Shown piece after piece: positions 1-10,249 of a stretch of 64,000 bases of DNA (position 1 is its first letter; each line of letters begins with the position of its first letter). The DNA comes from a virus. The notes under the pieces were generated by a model. That model was not told the origin of the DNA, did not search any database, and saw nothing but the letters and a program-made list of their open reading frames with translations. The position numbers were made by a program, and so were the translations under genes. The stretch is from the IMG/VR virus record IMGVR_UViG_3300030419_005367, positions 1-64,000 of that record, one strand, 5' to 3'.

Positions 1-1
1 C

Positions 2-847
2 GCACTGGCTACACTATCTGGCCAACAAACGCCCCCTGACGCGAATTTCGTCGATGTTGTACGAAACATACTTACGGAAAAACCTATAGAGTATAGCAAC
101 GATGACCCTCCAGCATCTTATCAAATTTTTAGGCTCGACACCCCTCCGGCTTCTTATTTGGATTTCGCCAATGGTGATTACTTAGAAATTGAGGCCAATG
201 GGGTAACTTCGGTTTCGTTCCGTCCAGCAGAGATGGGAAAGGTAGTGCCAAATAAAAAATACTATTATACGTTTAGAGCCTTGGATATTCACGGCCAGAT
301 ATCAAACCCGACTCAAGTATATGAGGTACAAATAGTCGACGACTCCGGAGCGGTTTATTTAGATGTAAGGACTTATGACTTCCCGAAGGCTTCAAGACGC
401 TACAAAAAAAGGCTTAAGAGATTTTTGAGTGTTGCACCAGTTATGGAACAAACCGTCTGGACACCTAAGGCAAACTCGGATGGAGAGGTTGAGAGATACC
501 AGAGTAAAGATGTTAAGATTGGTAGAGAAGAGGGGTCACTGTTTGATAACGATAAAAGATACAAGGTAAGGGTCACGTCGAAGAAGACTGGTCGAAAGAT
601 AGATTTTAATTTAAAGTTTATAACGTCAAGCAAAATAACACCAGAAGAAATCGAGGCTTTTTGGAAACAACCCCTTTCAGGAGTTGAGGCTGCTAAACAA
701 GCTGTCGACGACGCAGCCCAGAGTGCACAGGATGCCATGGCCGGAATCCAGAATATAATATCAAACGCAGCCGCATCATTGGGTATCCCTCCGCTTGGTG
801 GAGGTTCTGGAAACGGCGGCGGTGGCTCTGCCGGCGGAAATTATTAA
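2..847 (+). CDS. 5'-truncated hypothetical virion protein with Gly-rich C-terminus
   Basis: The frame is open from base 2 (ALATLSGQQT...), so the true start lies upstream of the window. Ends GGGSGNGGGGSAGGNY and precedes structural genes. Confidence 0.6.
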   Translation, partial: ALATLSGQQTPPDANFVDVVRNILTEKPIEYSNDDPPASYQIFRLDTPPASYLDFANGDYLEIEANGVTSVSFRPAEMGKVVPNKKYYYTFRALDIHGQISNPTQVYEVQIVDDSGAVYLDVRTYDFPKASRRYKKRLKRFLSVAPVMEQTVWTPKANSDGEVERYQSKDVKIGREEGSLFDNDKRYKVRVTSKKTGRKIDFNLKFITSSKITPEEIEAFWKQPLSGVEAAKQAVDDAAQSAQDAMAGIQNIISNAAASLGIPPLGGGSGNGGGGSAGGNY

Positions 848-920
848 TATGAGTATGAATAAAAAGCATATTCCATTACAGCAAACTACTTATTTTGTGT
901 TAAAGTAAGGAAATTATAGC

Positions 921-928
921 ACTATTTA
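921..928 (+). promoter_or_regulatory. putative late promoter ACTATTTA (variant ACTACTTA at 885-892)
   Basis: Recurrent motif upstream of structural genes; here 20 nt before ATG 948, with SD GGAGA. Confidence 0.6.
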
Positions 929-947
929 GATTAACGGAGATTTAACT

Positions 948-1934
948 ATGGGATTTTTGGATAACAGCGGCGATATTATTTTAGATGCCGTGTTAACTGA
1001 CACAGGAAGAATGAGACTCGCCAGAGGCGACGGCTCTTTTAAAATTGTTAAGTTCGCTCTCAGCGACGATGAAATCAATTATGAACTTTATAGAAACAGC
1101 AATCACGCAAACGGTGCACACCCTAGTGGCTCTGCTTACTATGACTTAGATATCTTACAGACTCCTGTTTTAGAAGCGTTCACAAACAACACATCATTGA
1201 TGAAGTCTAAACTTGTTTCAATCCCAAGAACTAACCTTCTTTATCTCCCAATCTTGAAACTCAATGAGACTCGTGGAGATTTAGCTAGAAACACTACTGC
1301 TGCACAAGCAAACGGATTTTTCGTTATTGCGGTAGATTCAGATACCACTCGTGCGCACGACGCTAGCACAAACGCTGGTATTTTTGAAACGACCAATGGT
1401 ACTGTCAACGGAATTACCGGTGACGGAACAATCATTAGAGTTGATCAAGGTTTAGATACTGCAGATATCTCCCCTCGACGCGACCTAGACGCAGATCTAG
1501 TAGAGACACAATATATTGTAGAGATGGATAACAGACTAGGCTCTATTGTTCCCGCTTCAGCGACATCACGACGTGCAGCAGCACCTGCAACCCCTGCGTT
1601 TATTGATGATGATAACATCGCTGCTTACAACCTCTCTCTTAGAACTGACACTGCTTTCATAACCAGAAACACGAGTAAAGAAACAAAAGGCTCCGGAACA
1701 CCGGAAACAATTGAAGGCCCAAGAGGAACAACTTTCCAGTTTAAGATTAAGTCTTCGGTTCAGTTGCAAGATGGCAACAAGCTTTTTGAAAAGATCGGTG
1801 TTATGAATGCATCTTGGACACCAACAGGCGAGTCGGCTGTGACTGTTCACTATATTGACACAATCGTACGCGTTTCCGGCGGAACAACAGGATACAGAAT
1901 CGACATCCCAGTTAGATTTATTAAAAAGGCATAA
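948..1934 (+). CDS. virion structural protein (baseplate/tail-collar type)
   Basis: N-terminal DAVLTDTGRMRLA...IVKFALSDDE resembles the N-terminal half of tail-collar/fibre attachment (DUF3751-like) domains. Confidence 0.55.
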   Translation: MGFLDNSGDIILDAVLTDTGRMRLARGDGSFKIVKFALSDDEINYELYRNSNHANGAHPSGSAYYDLDILQTPVLEAFTNNTSLMKSKLVSIPRTNLLYLPILKLNETRGDLARNTTAAQANGFFVIAVDSDTTRAHDASTNAGIFETTNGTVNGITGDGTIIRVDQGLDTADISPRRDLDADLVETQYIVEMDNRLGSIVPASATSRRAAAPATPAFIDDDNIAAYNLSLRTDTAFITRNTSKETKGSGTPETIEGPRGTTFQFKIKSSVQLQDGNKLFEKIGVMNASWTPTGESAVTVHYIDTIVRVSGGTTGYRIDIPVRFIKKA

Positions 1935-1946
1935 TAGGTAAAAAAC

Positions 1947-3071
1947 ATGGCAACACAATTTAAAGCAATTGGAAATAATGATGTAACCAAAACGAAAACG
2001 CTCATTCATGAGGCGATTCCTGTTACGGGAACATTGGTTTCGGGAACTTATGGTAAAGCCCCATATGCTGGCTTGGGCAGCGAAAGAAACATTAAGAACT
2101 ATTCTCACGGAATGTTCCAATCTGTTTATGACTACCCGCACCTTAGTTCTTCTGCAAATCATCTTTTCGACGTAACATTTGGATATAATGCTAATTCACC
2201 AATGTCCGGAACTTCAAACAGAGTTCAACAAGAAAAGAAGATTAATATCTACAACCAGATGGCTCAGGTTTTGATGGGTCATGATATTACTGGTGGGATC
2301 AAGAACTTTACTTGGGGACCAAACGGTAAAGAAATGAACTCTTGTTTCTTTGTTAACTTTTCTCGCCTTTTGACAAAAGATGAAATCAAGAAAGGTTCTT
2401 TCGAGATGCTTATTGGTACCGGTTCTGCCGCTGAGCCATTTGGTGATACAACCACTGGTGCCGGCGGTTTAGGTTATACTGTCATCAAACGACCAGCCTC
2501 CGCAGCAGGCGTTGACAGCTTTTACACAGACTCTCCAGCCGGAGAATATACCTTATTGTCTTCATCGAAGAATCAAACTGCAGGATTACTTTTCTATCAA
2601 GCAGGGATCGCAGTTCTCACATCTTCTCTTTTGATTGCTCAATCGGGAAATGCAAACTTCACCCCAGCCGCAGCAGGAATCCTTCAGCTTACTGGTGCAG
2701 CTTGGAACACCACAGTTGGCGGTTCCGAAATGATTCAAGCAATTATGACCGGATCATCGATTACAGCTTCCTGTAATGAATTCCGCCACCGTCTCAAGAA
2801 CGTTAAGTTCAACAACACAACTGAACTGCATTCGACAATCTATTATATTCGCGCTCACCACAATGAGTTCAACTATAGTGGAAACCCAACATATCTTTCT
2901 GGTTCTAAAATCCGTGTGAAGACTTCAACGACAGAGGAACCAGTATCTTATATTACTACGGTCGGAATGTATTCTGCTGATAATGAACTTTTGGCTGTTG
3001 CAAAACTTTCTGAACCAATTAAGAAAACACCAAACACGGACCTAACGTTGCGTGTTAGACTGGACTATTAG
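1947..3071 (+). CDS. virion structural protein (baseplate/tail-collar type), paralog of 3098..4591
   Basis: C-terminal YITTVGMYSADNELLAVAKLSEPIKK...RLDY motif, shared with the next gene. Confidence 0.55.
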   Translation: MATQFKAIGNNDVTKTKTLIHEAIPVTGTLVSGTYGKAPYAGLGSERNIKNYSHGMFQSVYDYPHLSSSANHLFDVTFGYNANSPMSGTSNRVQQEKKINIYNQMAQVLMGHDITGGIKNFTWGPNGKEMNSCFFVNFSRLLTKDEIKKGSFEMLIGTGSAAEPFGDTTTGAGGLGYTVIKRPASAAGVDSFYTDSPAGEYTLLSSSKNQTAGLLFYQAGIAVLTSSLLIAQSGNANFTPAAAGILQLTGAAWNTTVGGSEMIQAIMTGSSITASCNEFRHRLKNVKFNNTTELHSTIYYIRAHHNEFNYSGNPTYLSGSKIRVKTSTTEEPVSYITTVGMYSADNELLAVAKLSEPIKKTPNTDLTLRVRLDY

Positions 3072-3097
3072 AGGCACACTCCTCTAAGGGAGAAGAG

Positions 3098-4591
3098 ATG
3101 CCTTATTACAGATTTAAAGAAACAGACATTTTCCACAACATAATTAAAGCGCATCCAAGAACTGTGTTTTCAATTTATGGCGGAAGAATCTTTTATAATA
3201 ACTCTTATGTCGAGTCAGGGTCCTTCACTGGATCTGTGGCAAGTCCGATTGGAACGATCAACCTGCATGAACAAAATGTTGATAGAACAAAAGTTAATAC
3301 TGCAGCACCAGACTTCCCGGGAACAGTCGGTTATCCTAGATTAAATGGCAACGGAGCCGGCCCAGACTATATCTACCCATTTGTTCCTAAGACAGGCGAG
3401 ATGACAACCTTTAAGACGATCAGTACAGGTTCTTTTAACGAAGCCTTGTATGGAGATCGACTGTACGGACCCGCTTCATTGTCAGCCAGTATTAGCAGAG
3501 AGTACTTCTCAAAAGACACAAGATGGGGTGCAGCAGCACTTTATTCCGAGATTAACCATTCAGAAGCCTCAGGTTCTGCACCAAACCGATTTACCATCGA
3601 CACCGTATCACCAGATAAATATCCAAAAATTAAAAACAAAACAGTGGATATCTCAGTATCCTCATCGCATTTGGATGCCCTAAGAAACACGTTTGATTAC
3701 TACACTTATCTTAGCCCACATTATGCCTACTCCGCATCTCACGCTGCGTGGAATTTTGGAACTTATGATAAGGGCCATCAAGAACTAAACTTGATCAGTA
3801 TTCCCTCCACCTTTTACGGTTCTTCTATAAAAAAAGGAAGTGTACACTTAAAGTGGTATGTTAGTGGAACGTTGATGGCCGAATGTCATGACCGCGAACA
3901 GAACGGGGAGCTTATACAAGTTAGTGGTTCGGGACGACCATCCAAAGCTGGCGATAGCTCTGCACAACAGACAGCGGGCGTTGCATATGATTCCGCCACT
4001 GGCTCTGTTGCGGGCGTTGTGTTATATAATGAGGGCTTTATAGCCCTAACAGGGGCTTGGTCCTTGAATGATGATTACACAGACAAGTTTAGGCATGCAG
4101 CCGGAACACCAAAATCAGCAGAGTCTCCCAAGTGGACTTATTTTGGCGTCGGAGCAAACGATGGTTCTGGCTCTGTTGTGACATCAACCTCTCACAATGT
4201 TTCTTCAAGTTTTGTTATTGAATTTGAGGGAACCCAGAGAATACCAGTAATGACTCTTATGGCCCATGCTCCAAAGCGTGATTTAAATCATTCGAACAAT
4301 CCAACTTTTATTAGTGGAAACTTGAATTCAAATAGAAAACTATCCAGAGGCTCCGCGCTTCCTTTCTTAACAAGTTCGATACAATATAAAGAAGACGATT
4401 TAACTCAAATTAGAAATGTTGTCAGTAGTTCTTTTAAAGATCATACCGGCAGCTTTGACAAGACAACGTACATTTCTCAGATAGGCATATATGATGAAAG
4501 TCAGAATCTTATTGGTGTAGCAAAATTAGCTAATCCGATAAAAAAGACGGAACAAAGAGAATATACATTTAAATTAAAACTCGATATTTGA
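3098..4591 (+). CDS. virion structural protein (baseplate/tail-collar type), paralog of 1947..3071
   Basis: Shares IKKGS, AGxxxYxxGxxxLT, SxNPT and YISQIGIYDESQNLIGVAKLANPIKKT blocks with the upstream gene. Confidence 0.55.
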   Translation: MPYYRFKETDIFHNIIKAHPRTVFSIYGGRIFYNNSYVESGSFTGSVASPIGTINLHEQNVDRTKVNTAAPDFPGTVGYPRLNGNGAGPDYIYPFVPKTGEMTTFKTISTGSFNEALYGDRLYGPASLSASISREYFSKDTRWGAAALYSEINHSEASGSAPNRFTIDTVSPDKYPKIKNKTVDISVSSSHLDALRNTFDYYTYLSPHYAYSASHAAWNFGTYDKGHQELNLISIPSTFYGSSIKKGSVHLKWYVSGTLMAECHDREQNGELIQVSGSGRPSKAGDSSAQQTAGVAYDSATGSVAGVVLYNEGFIALTGAWSLNDDYTDKFRHAAGTPKSAESPKWTYFGVGANDGSGSVVTSTSHNVSSSFVIEFEGTQRIPVMTLMAHAPKRDLNHSNNPTFISGNLNSNRKLSRGSALPFLTSSIQYKEDDLTQIRNVVSSSFKDHTGSFDKTTYISQIGIYDESQNLIGVAKLANPIKKTEQREYTFKLKLDI

Positions 4592-4604
4592 TATAATATT
4601 ATAA

Positions 4605-5135
4605 ATGATATTAGGATTAGATATTTCCACCTCCATTGTGGGTGCCACTGTTTTGACCGATTTTGGTGAAGTCATTTATTGTGAGTCGTGGGATTTGAGA
4701 AACAAGAACAAGTTTCCGACTTTATTCAGCAAAGCCCAAGAGGTCAAGCATATGCTAGCTGGATTGTATGATGTTAAGAGACTTGCGTTTGATAAAGTTT
4801 ATATTGAACAATCATTGCAAGCCTTTCGCCCCGGATTCTCATCTGCAAGAACAATCTTGACACTATCACAGTTTAATGGTATAGTATCTTATATTATTCA
4901 AAGAGACTTTGAAATAGTACCAGAATATATCGGAGCATCTACAGCAAGAAAGGCTTGCGGCATCAAGGTTCAGAAGGGCCAGAAGGCAAAAGAAGTTGTT
5001 TTGAATTTTTTACTTGACAACGAGGATTCTTTTAGTATAGAATATACAAAGCACGGTAATCCTGTACCGGGATCTTATGATCGTGCAGATTCTTATATTA
5101 TAGCGAAAGCTGGATGGAAAAACTTAAACTCATAA
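4605..5135 (+). CDS. RuvC-like Holliday junction resolvase
   Basis: ILGLDISTS strand-1 Asp, YIEQ Glu and DRADS C-terminal acidic pair of the RNase H/RuvC fold. Confidence 0.8.
   Translation: MILGLDISTSIVGATVLTDFGEVIYCESWDLRNKNKFPTLFSKAQEVKHMLAGLYDVKRLAFDKVYIEQSLQAFRPGFSSARTILTLSQFNGIVSYIIQRDFEIVPEYIGASTARKACGIKVQKGQKAKEVVLNFLLDNEDSFSIEYTKHGNPVPGSYDRADSYIIAKAGWKNLNS
5014..5043 (+). promoter_or_regulatory. sigma70-like promoter inside the RuvC gene, upstream of primase
   Basis: TTGACA (5014-5019), 18 nt spacer, TAGAAT (5038-5043). Confidence 0.45.
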
Positions 5136-6046
5136 AAGAAATATTAGGCAGAGGGTATATCTCGGGCGAGGAACATTTGTTCTTTTGCCCGTACTGTAAA
5201 CACCATAAAAAGAAACTGTCAGTCAACGTAGACAAAGACTTCTTTAAGTGCTGGGTTTGCGATATGAGTGGTAGAACTATACGTCGTTTGGTTCGTCGCT
5301 TTGGGTCTTTTCAACAGTTGCAAGAATGGGATAGGATAAGTGGCAAAACAGACATATCGACTTTTGATGAAATTCTAGACTTTCAACACACTCCAGAGCC
5401 CCTGCAGAGAATTGCAATTCCAGAGGAGTTCGTAACTTTGACTGGAAAAAGCCAGCCAGCCTCGGCAACCCATGCATTGAAATATCTTGAAAACAGAGGC
5501 ATTACACATCATGATGTATTGCGCTGGAAGATGGGTTACTGCGTTAGAGGAACATACGAGGGTCGTATTGTAATACCATCATTTGATGAAGAAGGATATA
5601 TAAACTACTTTGTAGCAAGAGCCTACGACGGCAACTGGAGAAAGTACTTAAATCCATCTCTTTCAAAAGATATTGTATTTAATCACTTGTATCTTGATTG
5701 GGACTCTGATATAATACTAGTTGAAGGTGTATTTGATGCAATCAAAGCAGGGCCAAACTCGATCCCCCTTTTGGGATCAACATTGAGAGAGAATTCAAAG
5801 CTTTTTCAAGAAATAGTTAGAAACGATTCATCAGTTTATCTAGCTTTGGACGCAGATGCAGAAAAGAAAACAATGAGAATGATAAAGATTTTGCTAAGCT
5901 ACGGTATAGAAACATATAAAATAGATGTATCTGGGTTTGATGACGTTGGAGAGATGTCAAAAGAAGAGTTTTCGGTCAGAAAGTCTCAGGCCACAGCGAT
6001 CAACCCAGAAATGTTCTCGATGGAACAGGCACTAAATAGATTATAG
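5114..6046 (+). CDS. DNA primase (zinc finger + TOPRIM)
   Basis: CPYC...CWVC zinc finger; LVEGVFDA and LDADA TOPRIM motifs. Confidence 0.88.
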   Translation: MEKLKLIKEILGRGYISGEEHLFFCPYCKHHKKKLSVNVDKDFFKCWVCDMSGRTIRRLVRRFGSFQQLQEWDRISGKTDISTFDEILDFQHTPEPLQRIAIPEEFVTLTGKSQPASATHALKYLENRGITHHDVLRWKMGYCVRGTYEGRIVIPSFDEEGYINYFVARAYDGNWRKYLNPSLSKDIVFNHLYLDWDSDIILVEGVFDAIKAGPNSIPLLGSTLRENSKLFQEIVRNDSSVYLALDADAEKKTMRMIKILLSYGIETYKIDVSGFDDVGEMSKEEFSVRKSQATAINPEMFSMEQALNRL

Positions 6047-6055
6047 AGGTTTAAT

Positions 6056-9000
6056 TTGAAGTTCGCACACATAGCGGATACGCATATCCGCAACTTAAAA
6101 TACCATTTCGAGTATAAAGCAGTATTCGAAAAAATGTATGAGGAATTACGTAAAGAGAACGTAGATTACATTGTACATTGCGGTGATCTTGCACATACAA
6201 AGACTCAGCTAAGTCCTGAGTATTTTGAAATGGCAACTAATTTTCTGAGGTCACTTGCCGACATTGCACCAACCTACATCATTCCCGGAAACCACGACGG
6301 GAATCTCAAGAACAGCAGTCGTCAAGATGCGATCACTCCAATTATCGACGCACTGGAACACCCAAATTTACACCTTCTTAAAGATTCTGGTGAAGTCTCG
6401 CTTAGCGATGATTTTGCTTTGAACGTGCTTTCTGTTTTCGATGAAGAAAACTGGGCACAACCAAGTGATTATAATAAGGTAAACATTGCCTTGTATCACG
6501 GCTCTATCAGTGGCTGTAAAACTGATCTTAACTGGACAATGGAGTATGGAGAAAATGACATTACAATTTTTGAGGGACATGATTTTGCCTTTCTTGGAGA
6601 CATTCATAAAACTGATCAAGTCCTTGATGATGACGGTCGGATTAGATATTGCGGATCGACTGTTCAACAAAATCATGGAGAAAGTAACGATAAAGGCTTT
6701 CTGGTCTGGGACATAGAAGACAAAGAAACCTTCTCAGTAAAGCACATCGTACTGGAAAACCCTAAACCCTTTATTACGATCAACCTAACCCCAAAAGGTA
6801 GGATACCAAAAAATACGGTTATTCCTGAGGGAGCCCGTCTTCGCATTGCGACAAGCAACAATATTCCGCTTGACGTCCTAAGGAAGGCTGTCGATGTTTC
6901 TAAAGTAAGGTTCAAACCAGAATCAATTACAACTTTGAACCGTGCCGCTGGTAGCCGAGGAAGTGTTGAAAGTTTAACTGAGACGCTGAAGAAAGAAGAC
7001 CTTCGAGACGTGGCCGTACAAGAAAGGTTTATTAAGGAATACTTGAAAGACTACGAGCCAGAAGAAGAGGTTTTAGATCGTGTTTTTGATTTTAACGGCA
7101 CATATAACACGTTAGCAGAAGAAGAGGAGGAGGTTGCCCGTAACATTGATTGGAAGCTTGAATCGATGGAGTGGGACAATCTCTTCAACTACGGCGAGGC
7201 TAATAAGATAGATTTCGGTAATTTAAATGGGATCGTTGGTATTTTTGGAAAGAACTATTCTGGTAAATCCAGCATCGTTGACTCGCTTTTATTTACCTTA
7301 TATAATTCTACTTCCAAGAGAAATAGAAAAAACTTGCACGTTATTAATCAGACTAAAGAGGAGTGTGCAGGTAAATTAAATATTCGAATTGGAAACAAGG
7401 TTTATACAATTCGACGCATTGCTGAAAAATATGAGAAACGCCTCCACGGTAAAACAACAATGGAAGCCAAAACAGATATTGAATTTAGTTTGGCCGACGA
7501 AGCAACCGGCGACGAGGTTAGTTTAAATGGGCTAACCAGAAGCGACACAGACAAGAATATTCGCAAGATTTTCGGAACAATGGATGATTTCCTACTGACG
7601 TCAATGTCTTCGCAGATCGATTCTCTTTCCTTTATTAAAGAGGGTTCAACAAAGAGAAAAGAGATACTTGCGAAGTTTCTTGACCTAGAAATCTTCGAAA
7701 AGAAATACAGAATGGCAAAAGACGCAGCAGCAGACCTTAGAGGGGCCTTAAAGCGCCTTGAGGAGCGCGATTTTGACACGGAAATAGCAGAGGCGCAAGA
7801 AGAGCTTTCGGTCAATACAAAGGCAACTAAGAAGCATAAGAGAACTTGCGAAGTTGTTAAGGGCGAGTTGTCAGAAATGAAGGATGACTTAGCTGAAATC
7901 CTCGCCGCTATTAACGCAACACCAGCGCAGATCATTAACATTGAAAAGGTCACAGAAGATCTAGAACAAAAAAAGAAAGAGTTTCTTGAATGTGGAGAAT
8001 CTATTCTTGATCACAAAGCTGCAATAAAACAAAAGCAGACAGTTCTTGGAAAAATATCAGAGTTTTTAGGTAATTTTGATATAGTCAGCTTGAAGAACAA
8101 GCGAGAGATTATTGTTTCAAAAAGAAAAGAACTTGAAACAATAATGAATGAGATCAACCTAGAACAAACAAAACTGGACAGCGGCAACAAGAAGCTCCAG
8201 CTTTTGGAAGAAGTTCCATGTGGATCTGAGTATTCTCATTGTAAGTTTATTCACGATGCTTACGTGGCTAGAGAAAAGGTTGATGTTATTGGAAATCTTA
8301 TCGAGAAACTTAAAGATAAAGACAAGGTAATTGAAAGTGAGATCGAAAAACTCAATCCAGAAAAAGTAGAAGAACATATCGAGAATTATAATCAAATACT
8401 CGAAAGACAAACTACGCTAAATGGACTTATTTCTAAACTCTCAATGTCAATAGAACAAAACAAAACTAAAAAGAAATTGCTTGAGCACGAAATCGAATCT
8501 CTCTCTGATCAGATTGTCGAGTACAATGAAAACAAAGAGATGATTGAAAATTTAGAAAATTTGATGACCTCTAAGGCTTGCCTTGAAGAAGAGCTTTCGC
8601 AAAAGAACGAGACTCTAGAAGAGTGTGAACGAAGCTTGCTGACTCTTTATAAGGCTAATGGCTCGCTAGAACAACAGCTAGCAAACTTACAAGAGTCTAA
8701 AGATGAGTTAGCGTCTCTCCGCGAGGGCTACGCCGCATACGATCTTTTTATGAAATGTATGCACCCAAACGGAATCCCATACGACATTATTAAAAGACGC
8801 CTACCTCTTATCAACGAAGAGGTTGCAAAGATCTTGACTAATGTTGTAGACTTCGAAGTATTCTTTGAAGCTGACGGCAACAAGCTTGAGATTTTCATTA
8901 AGCATCCTCGATACGATGCTCGGCCAATCGAACTTGGGTCTGGCGCAGAGAAAACAATCGCTGCTATGGCGATTCGTCTCGCACTTCTTGGAGTTTCCAG

Positions 9001-9208
9001 CTTGCCGAAGCCAGACTTGTTCGTTATGGACGAACCCGGAACAGCCCTTGATGAAGACAATATGGAGGGCTTTATAAAAATTCTAGATATGGTAAAATCT
9101 TCATTTAAGACCGTACTAATTATTTCACACCTAGACTCACTAAAAGATTGTGTCGATACAACAATCGATATAGAAAGCCAGAGTGGGTATGCATACGTAA
9201 ATCAGTAG
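6056..9208 (+). CDS. fused SbcD/Mre11 nuclease - SbcC/Rad50 ATPase (T4 gp47-gp46 equivalent)
   Basis: Phosphoesterase motifs ADTH, GDL, GNHD, YHG, GDIH; Walker A GKNYSGKSS; long coiled coil; signature LGSGAE; Walker B FVMDEP; H-loop ISH. TTG start with SD GAGG. Confidence 0.9.
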   Translation: MKFAHIADTHIRNLKYHFEYKAVFEKMYEELRKENVDYIVHCGDLAHTKTQLSPEYFEMATNFLRSLADIAPTYIIPGNHDGNLKNSSRQDAITPIIDALEHPNLHLLKDSGEVSLSDDFALNVLSVFDEENWAQPSDYNKVNIALYHGSISGCKTDLNWTMEYGENDITIFEGHDFAFLGDIHKTDQVLDDDGRIRYCGSTVQQNHGESNDKGFLVWDIEDKETFSVKHIVLENPKPFITINLTPKGRIPKNTVIPEGARLRIATSNNIPLDVLRKAVDVSKVRFKPESITTLNRAAGSRGSVESLTETLKKEDLRDVAVQERFIKEYLKDYEPEEEVLDRVFDFNGTYNTLAEEEEEVARNIDWKLESMEWDNLFNYGEANKIDFGNLNGIVGIFGKNYSGKSSIVDSLLFTLYNSTSKRNRKNLHVINQTKEECAGKLNIRIGNKVYTIRRIAEKYEKRLHGKTTMEAKTDIEFSLADEATGDEVSLNGLTRSDTDKNIRKIFGTMDDFLLTSMSSQIDSLSFIKEGSTKRKEILAKFLDLEIFEKKYRMAKDAAADLRGALKRLEERDFDTEIAEAQEELSVNTKATKKHKRTCEVVKGELSEMKDDLAEILAAINATPAQIINIEKVTEDLEQKKKEFLECGESILDHKAAIKQKQTVLGKISEFLGNFDIVSLKNKREIIVSKRKELETIMNEINLEQTKLDSGNKKLQLLEEVPCGSEYSHCKFIHDAYVAREKVDVIGNLIEKLKDKDKVIESEIEKLNPEKVEEHIENYNQILERQTTLNGLISKLSMSIEQNKTKKKLLEHEIESLSDQIVEYNENKEMIENLENLMTSKACLEEELSQKNETLEECERSLLTLYKANGSLEQQLANLQESKDELASLREGYAAYDLFMKCMHPNGIPYDIIKRRLPLINEEVAKILTNVVDFEVFFEADGNKLEIFIKHPRYDARPIELGSGAEKTIAAMAIRLALLGVSSLPKPDLFVMDEPGTALDEDNMEGFIKILDMVKSSFKTVLIISHLDSLKDCVDTTIDIESQSGYAYVNQ

Positions 9209-9217
9209 GAGGATATT

Positions 9218-9421
9218 ATGAGCGAAGCAGTGAAAGCGCATTTAGATAAATTTTTAGAGAGATGGACATCTCGCAAACTTATGGTTTGGGGTGCATCAAC
9301 AGTGTTTCTAGCATTCGATAAACTAGGTCCAGATGAATGGGTTGCAGTTTCTCTAGCATACATTGGAATCGAAGGGCTGGCCGATATCGCCACAAGGTGG
9401 AAGCATGGCGATAACCGATGA
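9218..9421 (+). CDS. putative holin (small two-TM protein)
   Basis: 67 aa; SRKL followed by two hydrophobic segments; strong SD AGGAGG; first of three membrane-protein genes. Confidence 0.5.
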   Translation: MSEAVKAHLDKFLERWTSRKLMVWGASTVFLAFDKLGPDEWVAVSLAYIGIEGLADIATRWKHGDNR

Positions 9422-9837
9422 GTTGGCTAGCATTAAAGCATGGGCTGCAAAAGGTTTGGCTGTGGTGCAAGCACAATTGGAAAGTTGTTGCTTTATTGGT
9501 GTACACTATTCTTCTTTACTTGCTGTTTAGCAAGAATGCGAGAAAGGCAAAATCTGTTTTAGAGGAATCTCGAAAAGCACATCAAGCGGAAATAGAGTCT
9601 CTTAAAAAGTCCCATGCAGCAGAAATACAAAAGAGAGATGAGAATCTTAAGAGATATCAAGAAGTTATGAAGCAGATTGAACAAGAGTACGCAGAAAGAA
9701 GAGAGGCTCTATCAGCGAGTAAGAAGAAGAAAATCAAAGAGATTGTTGATAATCATGGCGACGATCCTCAGAAATTAGCTGAACTAGTAAAAGATAGTTT
9801 TGGTTTTGAAATTCACGTAGGAGAGAACAATGAGTAA
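9418..9837 (+). CDS. membrane-anchored coiled-coil protein (i-spanin-like)
   Basis: N-terminal TM (VVALLVYTILLYLLF) followed by a charged coiled coil; ATGA overlap with the holin gene. Confidence 0.45.
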   Translation: MSWLALKHGLQKVWLWCKHNWKVVALLVYTILLYLLFSKNARKAKSVLEESRKAHQAEIESLKKSHAAEIQKRDENLKRYQEVMKQIEQEYAERREALSASKKKKIKEIVDNHGDDPQKLAELVKDSFGFEIHVGENNE

Positions 9838-10249
9838 ACTAGCAACTTTAATTTTAATTTTCTTTATTCCAACCATTGGATTTGCAGACCCGCAGATTGC
9901 CCCACTAAATAAAAATCAACGAGCACCTTTTTCAGGTGTTTTATATAATGCAGAAGCTGTTGCTGAAATGGTCGCTTGGAAGGAAACTTTAGTTCAACAA
10001 CACCAGATAGCTTTGGATGAGTTAAAGGAAGTTTTAGAAGCTCAGTGCAATCTACAGGTTTCAAACATCCAAGCAGAGGTGGATGCCTGCAATGATCGTT
10101 ATGATGAAATGCTCGGAATCAAAAATCGACAGATTATAAAGCTTGAGGAACTAGCTTTAGAGAGTGATTATTCAACTTGGTGGTTCGCTGGTGGAATTGT
10201 TCTGGGGATTGTCTCGACGGTTGCCATAACCTATGCAGTTAATAATTAA
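9830..10249 (+). CDS. signal peptide + coiled coil + C-terminal TM protein (spanin-like)
   Basis: N-terminal hydrophobic signal without a lipobox Cys; C-terminal WWFAGGIVLGIVSTVAITYAV. Confidence 0.4.
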   Translation: MSKLATLILIFFIPTIGFADPQIAPLNKNQRAPFSGVLYNAEAVAEMVAWKETLVQQHQIALDELKEVLEAQCNLQVSNIQAEVDACNDRYDEMLGIKNRQIIKLEELALESDYSTWWFAGGIVLGIVSTVAITYAVNN

